Positions 1-10,857 of a stretch of 64,000 bases of DNA are shown here, one piece after another. Below the pieces are notes generated by a model. The model worked only from the letters and a program-made list of their open reading frames with translations, ran no database searches and was not told the DNA's origin. The stretch is taken from positions 1,612,001-1,676,000 of the forward strand of contig CM039010.1 in NCBI GenBank assembly GCA_017499595.2, given 5' to 3'. This DNA is from Psilocybe cubensis. Taxonomy: Eukaryota. How positions within the stretch are numbered: the stretch's first letter is position 1; the number at the start of each line of letters is the position of its first letter. Made by a program: the position numbers and the translations under genes.

Positions 1-414
1 TTCATAGTCAGTCAACATCTACTTATATATTTTGGCATCTTTCGTATTCGTTTTCGGGCACTGTCTTTGGGGAATTATGTGGCATATATACATGGACAAT
101 TTACTATATTTGTACTTAATTATCGACATTGTATTTTTGTTATTTTTGGGCAACAGCTTCTTCCAACTTCATGTCAAACATATACACCGAAGAAATCGCC
201 TGTGACTTAGTGTACAAGTGGTTATCCAACAAATCAATCCACCGAGAAACTATGCATTCATATTTTTTCTACAGCAACTGCCCAAATACCTGTTGGGCAA
301 TGCCGAAGCAATGAACGCGTTTCTACCCGTACACGTACAGTAGTCCACTGTTCCGCTTTGAGAGTGCGTGCGTGCGTGTGCGGCTACTCCAGCCGAAGAC
401 ATCAAGTGTCGGAC

Positions 415-2858
415 CTAGCAAGGGTATGCTCCTGAGATTGTGGAATGGGTATCAACGTCAACGGCAGTAGCATTGGACGACGAGGAAAAAAATTTGGTTG
501 GATTACGACGACGCAACCGTCTCACAGGCCAACCTAGTCGTCTTAGGAAGCTTGTGTTGGGGGGATATAGGTCCGTACTCTGGAATGCGATGACGACCCA
601 GACGGTCAACGCCGTAAGAGGTAATGTGAGGGCGGCGTATATGGCAAAGGTAGCGGTTGTTCCTGGGTTGATTTCGCGGACATTCATGCCAAAGATGCCC
701 TGCTTGAAAATGTTATCGAGAGACGTCTGTAGTAATCACAAGCTGCTTACTGCGAGGAATGACGCTGGAAGAAAAAACATAGTCATATACGCAATTTGCT
801 TCATCTGTTTGACCAATTAGCAATCGACTACTTGCAAGGGAGCCTATATGTCTAACTTACAGCTAGATTCGGTAGTGATTAATTGTATGATTCAATTCAC
901 AGAGGGAATAAAACCTTACCGGCACTGTCGCGTATGGTGGCTTCCGTAATTAAGCGGGTGTAGCGCCTATCAACAAGTTCCAAGACATTTTGCAGGCGCC
1001 TTTCTTGCATATACAGTTCGGCTTCAAGGCGCTTGATCTCTACCAAGAGATTCGCACACTCCCGTGCCATGATAGCCTTGCTAAATTCACGTTCCTCTTC
1101 AGATTTACCGTCCATGGCAGGACTGGGCGTATCCCGGATGAAGATAACATGCTTAGCGTAGTCGTCGAGCAGGGATGTGTAGTGCAAGTGGTGCGCCCTT
1201 ATCACGTGAAGCTCATGAGTGAGAGGCATATCCTCCGTGGTTGTGATGACACGAGATTCCTGAGGTATAATGAGAAGGGCTACATCACCATTGCATGACT
1301 TACCAAGGTGCAGATGTGATCGTAGAGATTTTCCAGAGCTTCATCCCAACCATACATTGCATGCCATACAAAAGCTAATAGGACAAAGGTAGAATCTGCA
1401 GATCTCTGGAATATACTTTGCCAGTAAACGTTCTGACCTAGAAGGAGGAACAGAGTCAGGGAACCAATTAAAAAAAAACGAAGTCCAGGTGGTCCACCAA
1501 CCAGCATAACGAATTCGCTCGTGGAGAAATGCTGCCGACGTCGTCGGAAGATTCAACGTAGGATGAAATGATAAGATGGTACTCCCGTTGATGTTTCGGA
1601 TAAGGTGAACAGCGAGTAGGTCTAGCACTAGCAGCCTGTTGTCTGTCATATTTATCGGTTGTCAGATGCCTGTCATATAACGTTTTTCTTGGCTTTCTTA
1701 CTGGAGTGAAGCATTAATGGCGAATGAGGATCAATTCTTTGAGTACCTGAGATATCACAATCAGGAAAAATTGAAGAGAGAAGAAGACAGGAGCAGGGCA
1801 TACCAAGCAAAGTCCCCGATGGCCTGAGAGTATCGGTCGATTTCCCGAACGTCACTGTGTCCTGATTCGACATGGATCGCAAGAAGGTCAAGGTGATGGT
1901 GATATCTAGGCCGTGAGAGGATGAGAAGCTATAGATTCCTCCTTTCTGGATAGGATGGTGAATGCACAAGGGAGAAGATCGACTCACGGTCTCCAATTCC
2001 GGGTTCTATCTCCTCTTGAAACCTCGACGGGATCCAGTTCATAGCGGATGACCAGAAGGAGGGTCCTACATTGTATCTAGTGTCCACAACGTATTCACGT
2101 AAGTACTGGATGACCGAGTTGTAAATCTGATCGCAGAACCACCCACTTTGCGCCAAGCATTTGCAACATCGGTCCTGAGATGTTTTCTATAAAAAGTGCG
2201 CGGACGCGGAGTTTATCGGGTCTCTGGTAAATAGAAGAAAGGCCGTGAGTTACACCAGCTCGGACAATAATCAGAGCGGGATTCATACCAACCTTCTCAT
2301 TGATTAGGCTAGCCCATGTAGCATCTTCGTCGCCATATCTTGATATAATGTGACCGGGATTTGTGAAGAAACCGTCGATGTCGACGTCCACCTGATAGCA
2401 GACGCACGGGCTAGTCCTCGAGTAATTCTTTATGGCACCCATGATCTTGCTTTTTGTTACCTGTCGTTTGGTCCAGTTTGGGAATCGGGACTGTGGGTAG
2501 CCCCTCCAGCATCCGCCACAGTCAACGTGGTCGCACAGTGGCGGAATCGGCGGAAGAGGAGACTCGAGTTGCTCCCGATTGACCTCTGCGAGAAAACGCC
2601 AATTGGATTAGAAAATGTGGGTCTGGGTCACAGACAACAAGTGTGAGCAAGGACTCAGTACTCACCGTCTTCGAGGTCGACCCATGGCCAGGGGGCAGAA
2701 GGAGAGGCATGCCGATGAGAAGGGGCAGGAACTCGGCTTTTGTCGTCCTTTGGGTCGAACCTCAACGACGAGACTCCCGTATGCCCACTTCTCCTCGAGA
2801 GCCCACTCCGTACAGACATGAGGTCGGGAGAGTGGTTGCCACCTGCGAGGTCCATCAT
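415..2858 (-). CDS. CorA-like (2-TM, GMN motif) membrane protein, paralog 1 of tandem array; multi-exon, includes a 2-nt micro-exon
   Basis: Spliced ORF from MMDLAGGN through PWPWVDLED, CDHVDCGGCW and RDSAAMKQIAYMTMFFLPASFLAGIFGMNV to WVVIAFQS...LGWP. The C-terminal two-TM hairpin with GMN is the CorA/Mrs2/Alr1 signature. Exon boundaries match paralogs 2 and 3. Confidence 0.8.
861..862 (-). other. 2-nt micro-exon (CT) in CorA-like paralog 1
   Basis: Minus strand reads GCC G|gtaagg...aatctag|CT|gtaagt...caaacag|ATG AAG CAA. Introns are 863-919 and 805-860. G+CT = Ala restores the RDSAAMKQ frame. Confidence 0.85.
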
Positions 2859-3183
2859 CCTGGTGGGTTAGTTAAGAAGGGGGAAGGTTGATGTGGTAGA
2901 GGGCAAGAGACAAAGTGAACCCGAGACCTATGAGCCGTTGAAGGATCTTCTGGTCGAATTTCGGTGAGAAAAGAAGGATAGGAGAGTGAGCCATCGCGTT
3001 AACCGATGTCCATTAGAGACATCAGCGAAGAAGTTATCGTGCATTTGCTCTAAAATTAGCAACCAATTCTCGACAAGTGATGGCATTCGCACAAATAATC
3101 GCTACGTCACACGCGTTTTGCAAAAATCTAAAACCCCGTAAAGAAAACAGTAGATATAAAACATACATAATCGATAAAACCAT

Positions 3184-5689
3184 TCAGAAGGGGGATACAC
3201 GGTTTCCTTCTGACTTAGCTATACTGAAGTCGGTGAATTCAGACTGAGTGTCCAATTGTTGCATTTGCCGCCGTTCCATCATCCGCTTGATTAAGTAGAC
3301 GGGCCAGCCCAATCGTTTCATAAAGCCTGTGTTCTCCGGGAAGATGTACGTGCTTTGGAACGCGATGATTATCCAAGCAGTCACCAAAGTAAGAGGAAGC
3401 GCAATTTCAATGTAGCGGGGCAAAGTGCCAAGAGACCCGGGATTGATCTCGCTCACGTTCATCCCAAAAACGCCCTAAAGGCACTATTAGTGAACACTAT
3501 CGGCAAGGTGAGAGTGAATCTGCCGCAATCTTACCGCCACAAAAGAAGCAGGCAGGAAGACCATGGTAAGATAAGCGACTTGCTTCATCTTAGCAAAAAC
3601 AACGTAAGTAAGATACACAATGTATCAAATAACCAATGACATACCGCTAAAAGGGAAAGCAACGAAGATGATAAGTTTATGCAAATTACGCGTTCGAGAA
3701 AAGGAAGCTTACCGGCGCTGTCTCGAACCGCAGCTTCCGTCATAACTCTCATGTACCGACTGTCACTTATGTTCACACTACTGAACACCTATGTGTATCA
3801 TGCCCTATAAGAATGTCACGAGCTTAGGGGACGGAAGGGACGGAGACTCACAAGACCCATCACATTTTTCAGTCGTCGTTCCTGCATGTGAAGTTCCGAG
3901 TTGAGGCGTTTTATTTCTGTCAAGAGATTTGCACATTCTCTAGCCATAATTGTCTTGCTGAACTGTTGATCTTCTTCAGACACATTGTCCAGGGCAGGGT
4001 TGTGAGTGTCCCGAATAAAGACGACATGTTTGGCGTAGTCATCAAGAAGTGATGCGTAGTGAAGATGATGAGCCCTTATGACGTGTAGCTCCTGGGTCAG
4101 TGGCATATCCTCTGTCGTAATGACACGAGATTCCTAATGTTCAGGTAAGAAAAACAATAGACCTGTACAGGCGATATAAAGTTAATCATACCAGCGTGCA
4201 GATGTGGTCATATAAATTCTCCAGAGCCTCATCCCAGGCATACATGGCATGCCACACAAAGGTCAAGAGAACAAAGGTAGGGTCGGATGATTGTTGGAAA
4301 ATGCTTTGCCAATACACACTCTGTCCTAAAAATGGGTGGTAAGTTCGTGTACCAGCACAGGCCAAATTAATTCTACAAACCGGCAAAGCGGATACGTTCG
4401 TGTAGAAAAGCGGCCGTGGTCGTAGGAAGATTCAGTGTAGGATGGAATGAGAGGATGGTGCTGCCATTAACATTGCGAATTAGGTGGACTGCTAATAGGT
4501 CCAATACAAGCAATCGATTGTCTGGATGATGGATATCATTTAGAATCACAGTCCAAAAGAAAACAGAGGCACCAGGAGGGCGCTTGACGCACTCGAATGT
4601 AGCATAAGCGGAGAGTGCGGATCAATCTTCTGGCTGCCTAAAATAACACAGTGAGGAAAAAATTATGAAAATAATACATAGGAAACAAACCAAGCAAAGT
4701 TCCCGGTGCTTTCGCCTTGAGTGAATCCGTCGACTTCCCGAATGCGTGGTTGAGTTGTACTGCGTCATGATTGGACATGGATCGCAAAAAGGTAAGTGTG
4801 ATCGTGATATCTGGGTAGTCAAATGTTTATAACCCGCTCCAAAGCAGCCCTTTCTAACTCACGGTCTCCAATGCCAGGTTTTACTTCTTCCTGAAATCGA
4901 GATGGGATCCAGTTTAAGGATGAGGACCAAAAAAACGGTTCAATGTTGTACCTGTGGGAAGCAGATTTCGTCAATGAGTATGAATTCTATCGACCAACAG
5001 CAACCCACTTTGCCCCAAGCATCTGCAACATCGGTCCAGAGATGTTTTCAATGAAAAGAGCACGAACCCTAAGGTTTTTGGGTCTCTGTGATAAGGACAT
5101 AAGGAAGGTATGATAATATTACATGATGCACGAGCCATACCTTCTCAGTGATCAAATGATTCCATGTAGCGTCCTCCTCTCCATGGTTTGCCACTATCGG
5201 ACCAGGATTCGTGAAGAATCCATTTTCATCTACGTCAACCTGGTAGCAAATACAAGGCTTTTCCTTGGAGAACTCCCTGATGGCACCCATGATCTTGCTT
5301 TTTATCACTTGTCGTTCGGTCCAGTTGGGAAAGCGGGATTGGGGGTACCCCCTCCAACATCCTCCACAGTCAACGTGGTTGCAAAGTTCAGGGATAGGTG
5401 GAAGAGGACATTCGAGTTGTTCACGATCAACCTCTACAACGTACACGTAAGTTGATCTGCATCCAAAACGGGGAAAGAGCGGAAGCATACCATCTTCCAA
5501 GTCGACCCAAGGCCAAGGAGCAGACGGAGAAGCATGCCGGTGAGAAGGGTGAGGAACTCGACCCTTGTCGTCCTTGGGATCAAGTCTCAACGAAGAGACG
5601 CCGGAGCGCATACTTCTTCTCGAGATCCCACTTCGTACTGACATCACGTCGGATGGTCGGACTCGAGCAGGAACTGCTAGCATCTCCAT
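3184..5689 (-). CDS. CorA-like (2-TM, GMN motif) membrane protein, paralog 2; apparently intact
   Basis: Spliced ORF from MEMLAVPA through PWPWVDLED, CNHVDCGGCW, YNIEPFFWSS and RDSAAMKQVAYLTMVFLPASFVAGVFGMNV to WIIIAFQS...LGWP. Very similar to paralog 1. Confidence 0.82.
3645..3646 (-). other. 2-nt micro-exon (CG) in CorA-like paralog 2
   Basis: Minus strand reads GCC G|gtaagc...cttttag|CG|gtatgt...gctaag|ATG AAG CAA. Introns are 3647-3712 and 3589-3644. G+CG = Ala. Confidence 0.85.
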
Positions 5690-7532
5690 GGTAGTTCGTT
5701 CGTATCGTCAGTCTTGTGTAGTTCGTTAATGAGGTCGTAAGTCGTTACAAAGGTAGTATGTTGTTTTGAGGATAGGTTGCGCGGTAAGGAGAGGGTGGAC
5801 GTCAATGGCCAACGAGGACGACGTGCTTCTTTGACAGGGTACTTGCATTTATCCTGGCAAGCGCCCTGGCCGGACATGTGAGGTTCTCCGGAGCCACCCT
5901 GAGCGATGATGTGATAAAAATATACTGCCTGATGTTTGTTTTCACGCTTCCCGTCTCGGTTCGTCGTCGAGGATCGCCACGCTTTCTGACTGGTGGGATC
6001 ATGATGACACGCAGTTATTGCAAACTTTCGCAGTGTCTAGTCTTCTATGAGGCTAACAGCTTGCATGAGGCATTGGTGGGGTTCGCGCTGCCGACTGGAT
6101 ATATCTCCTTTGGAGATCATTGTGGCACTAGTAGAAAAGGTTCATCAAACGATTGTGGAGGCGTGGCAAAATAGAGTTTCATGCCGGAAACTTGCCGGTG
6201 TTACCGCGATAGCCACCGGAGTCCAACCGGAGGCACTTTCCTTCCGCCCTGTACCTTGGGGCAAAGACTCTCAGAAACTCGCCCGTGGGTGGAAAGATAA
6301 TTTGGCTTATAACGCGGAAGAAGTATAAATCTTGAGAATATAACTTCAATATTGAAAAACCTGAAAAAAATGGGCATCAATTCATTATGTTCTACATCCC
6401 ACCCCTAACAGGGCAAGTAATTGCGATCTGGGGGAGGCATTTTTGCGTTGATTAACTGCTACTTCAGACTTGCGGAATCCTTCATATTATATATATCCTT
6501 GATAAGATCTGCATCAGCTCCAGTTGGACTGATGCCATTTTCTGTGACACGGCTTTTAAAAACTCACTCAAGTCTGAGGTCGTCTCTGGTCAAATGAGTA
6601 CTGTCACCCTCAACTTGTGGGTTCTTATGACAGAGACTTTAGAAAGCAATTGTGTCAGGGAAAAGATCAAAGTCGGATGGCGTTTCTTATTTTTGAACAC
6701 AGACATGAGGCTTGCACGAGCATGTCGGTTTCAACTCTTCTCACTCCAAAGTAATATAAGTTGATCTATGGATCTACTTTTCTACTAGTTGACGCTGGAT
6801 CACAGACGCTGTTGATTGAATAGCGAGCCAATGATGTAGATTCACTACTTAGGTGTCGTATAGTTGTATAGTCACAACGCTACAAACTGTAGCTGGCCCC
6901 GTTCAGATTTGAAGGCTGCCATAATTATGATGTATCACTAGTTATGCATTGGCTTTATTCTTTGGTCTGTTCGGAACTTTTCATCAATAATAGATGATCA
7001 CTATAATTTGCGTGAAGGGAATTAACAGGTGCCCATGCATAATTACTTTAAGCCTGGCCGTTCTCAAGCAGTCAGGTAAAAATTAGCGCCCATAATTTAA
7101 ACGCCGTCCACACGCGTGATTGATGCACCTCTCCCTGACGATTTCAATCTCCTCGCGAAGATAAACGCGATTGCATGTTGCTCAACTAGACGGAACAGCA
7201 ACAAGTCCGAAAAATTTTACAGTAGCCTAATCGACACGCTCGTGCAGGTAATTTAGTACATGAGGCATACACGAGTCTGATATCAGAGGCAAAAATGCTG
7301 CCGCGAATCAGTGGCTCAGTACCAGGAGGCTACACCATGCTTGTTGACCATAAATTAGTGGCGACATGTGCTAGCGTAATACATAAGGAAAAAAACCTCT
7401 GAAAATGAGAACCTAATCCTACAAAATGTGATGCATGTGTATACAATGTTGAAAGGATATCACGAGAGTCGCCATAGAGATACAAGCCTAAAAGTGAAGT
7501 GCATAATTTGAAGAATTAAATTTCACACCTGA

Positions 7533-10335
7533 TTAAGGCAGCCGTTCCACAGAGCGCATGCCTTCTCTTATCGTCATGTCATTAAATGTCTCCGGTGGTC
7601 TATCCTTCAGCTGCTCCTCCTCTACCTCAATCGGGGACCTTGGGCCTACAGGACCATTCCCCATGTACTGAGAAATCAGTAGCACTGGCCAACCAAGACG
7701 CTTCCAAAATGGCACATGAGCCTGAAATATATACTTGCTCTGGAATGCAATTATAATCCAGACGCTCAGCAGTGTGAAGGGTAAAGCGGTTTCGACCTAG
7801 TGCGCAAGTGTCCCGTTAGTTCCGGGAGCAATCTCCGCGATGTTCATACCGAAAACCGTCTGAATAGCCATCAGTAAAGTATCTTGTTGGATCACAAAAG
7901 TGAATGTACCGCCACGAAGGAAGCCGGGAGAAAGACCATAGTCAAGTACGCTATTTGTTTCATCTATAGACGATTCGGGATCTCAACAACAGTGCGATCC
8001 AGGTAAAATCAACTTACAGCTGCACTGTCCCGCACTGCCGCTTCTGTCATCTTTTGCATTCGCTTACTGTCAATAATATTCACACTGCTGAATACCTGAG
8101 CAAACCATCAGAAAATATTTGCCGTAAGTGCCAAACGGAAACACATACGAGACCCATAACGTTTTTCAGCCTTCGGTCTTGCATGCGCCTATCCTTTTCC
8201 AAACGCTCGATCTCAGTGAGCAGATTTGAGCATTCTCTGTTCATGATGCTGGCATTCTCTTGCCGCTCAGCTTCGGATAATGACTCCAAGGCAGGGTTTT
8301 CTGTATCTCGTATGAAGATGACTGACTTGCGAAAATCGTCAAGGAGTGATGAATAATGTAGAAGGTGCGCCCGGATAACATGTAGCTCCTGGGTAAGCGT
8401 CATCTCAGATGTCACGATAACTTGGCTCTCCTGTCATAAATGTTGGAGTTATTATAGGATTGCGAAGAACGTGGTTGCTATGTTGTACCAGAAAAAACTT
8501 ACAAGTGTGCAGATATGCGAATACAAGTTTTCCAGTGCTTCGTCCCAAGCATAGATTGCGTGCCAAATGAATGTAAGCAGCACGAACGTCGGATCTGGCG
8601 AATTCTGAAAGATGCTTTGCCAATATACACTTTGACCTTGGTTTCAGGTATACCGTTAGTAGCTAGAAGGTGGAAAAGATACGTATACATGCCTGCAAAA
8701 CGAATACGTTCATGGAGAACTGGCGCCGTGGTGGTCGGTAGATCCTTGTTGGCATGGTATGAGATAATTGTACTGCCTTGTTTCCGTCGGATGAGATGGA
8801 CGGAGAGTAAATCAAGGAGGAGGAGGCGCCCGTCTTATTTTTTAAATAAAATAAGATAAATTGATTTTTCGATTATTGTGGCAGAGACATACTAGACTCG
8901 AGCGCTAATGGCGCATGGGTGTCGATCATTTGATGAGCTATACATGGAAACGACAACATCAGGATCTAGTATACGGTTGTATAGCTATGCAGCGAGAAGA
9001 TCTCACCAAGCTGTATACCTGGTTTTCTGCTCGATCTTCCTTCTTGATCAGTTAGGGTAGGAGATGATTCCATTGCATGCTGAGAAGAAATACGGAAATT
9101 GGCATTTTCGTCATTGGCTATTGACCGGACGAATGTCAAAGTTATTGTGATATCTTTAGTTGATATGAGTTACTTGAGAAAGGCGGTGTAAAAGGAAATT
9201 TTCCATACGATCTCCTTCTCCTGGTCGAACTTCTTCCTGATATCGTGAAGGTATCCAATTCAATGAAGACGAAAAAAAGAATGGCTCGATGTTGTATCTT
9301 TAGAACACCATTTTGTCAGTTAAATTTCTCCATATTTGAGGGAGGACACATAACAGGAAACAACAGATGACATTGTGCAAAGTTGCAACTCCAAGTGTAC
9401 GGGTATCAGATTTCAGGGATACTGCGCGGCCAAATACGAGTAGATTTGAATGGTAACTTTGCTCACCTGGTGCCTAGCATTTGGAGAACAGGACCTGAAA
9501 GGTTTTCGATAAATAGACATCTTACTCGATTATCGTCTGGAATCTATCGCACAAAGGAGAAATTTAGCATAGCTTGCCAATTCAGGTTGCCAGAAGTGTT
9601 AAAAATAGATGACTTATGCCCGGGCCATATGTTTCCGATGAGGCAGGAAAATGCATTGCACAAAATGCTCACATTCGATGTTATCAGCGCCTCCCAAGTT
9701 TTACTCAACCGATCTTCATCGGATATTATCTTTCCAGGCTCTGGAACTTTGAATAGACCATTGTGGTCGACGTCAACCAGGTGGATAATACAGGGGACAT
9801 CATTTCGGTAGTCAGTGATGGCCTTGTTAATTTGGCTCTTCCTGACTTGTGACGGTGTCCAGTTTGGATATAACGACTGTGGATAGAGATCCCAGCAACC
9901 TTCGCATGTCTTGTGGTTACATGGCGGTGGCACAGGGGGTAGCGGTGATTCCAGTTGTGTGGGGTCTACGTCTAGAAAATAAACAAAAATGCCGTAAAAT
10001 ATACCTAGGTAGATATATATGTAACGCTATTATAAAGCGATATGCATACCGTCCTGAATATCTACCCATGGCCAGGGAGCCGATGGCGCTGCATGTCGAT
10101 GGGACGGGGGATGGATTTTACTAGAATCTTCCTTTCGCTTTTTGCGTCGTAAACGAAGGCTGTATACCGACATTAATTGGGTATCCCCGAGATTGATTCT
10201 ATGAGAACTAGTTTCGGAGAATTGGCTAATCGAGCCCGTATGTAGTCAGTACTAAAGCGAAGTAGGTGGTCGAGAAAGAGTTGTGCGCTGAGTGTGAGTG
10301 TGAGCTTCAGGCAGGTGGCACGTATTTTGGGGCAT
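7533..10335 (-). pseudogene. CorA-like paralog 3 with one in-frame TAG between TM1 and TM2 (recent pseudogene, null allele, recoded stop or sequence error)
   Basis: Exons are homologous to paralogs 1 and 2 (PWPWVDIQD, CNHKTCEGCW, YNIEPFFFSS, RDSAAMKQ, FGMNI). TAG at 7797-7799 aligns with a Tyr in both other paralogs. Start is uncertain: ATG 10335 via an intron, or ATG 10173. Confidence 0.65.
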
Positions 10336-10857
10336 TGCGGAGTTAGTTCCTTCTTATGTTCCTTCAGGTTGGCTGCCAAGATAGAACTACTGTGGCCAAA
10401 ATCGATAAGATTAACACTGAATGTAAGGAGAGGAGCAAGCACAGCCTCAAGAGCGTGTAATTCTGGCTGGAACTACGTATGGGCAAGAATTCTCACGGTA
10501 CCCATTCTTTCCGGTGCCAAGTGTGCGGTTTCAGTATTTCCTACTGTGGGTGGCCCTGCTAGAGGCACTGTCCTTGCACATATACTTACAACAAGGTGAG
10601 TTGTTGCTCAACTATATAACCATCATAATAACTTCCATTGTATGACATCTACACTAGGATTAGGAAATACTAATTGAACCGTATCCGGGACTAACCACCA
10701 TAACGAACCAGAATTATAAGGACTTCACGCATGTACATGAAAAACGATAGACGACTTGTCTTTGCCTAAATCCATACGAGTCGATCAAGATTTCCGGAGG
10801 TGCACCTACCAACCATATACCCCAACCTAACGCTCCAACAAATCCATTGACTGCACC

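Noticed and set aside
415-430. C-terminal Cys of CorA-like paralog 1 as a prenylation or pheromone-like signal
   Set aside because: The protein ends AYPC, which is not a CAAX box. No pheromone-precursor or MSDIN-type peptide ORF was found in the window.
6511-6535. Short hairpin GCATCAG-CTCCAGTTGGA-CTGATGC
   Set aside because: An isolated inverted repeat with no ncRNA or MITE context; expected by chance.
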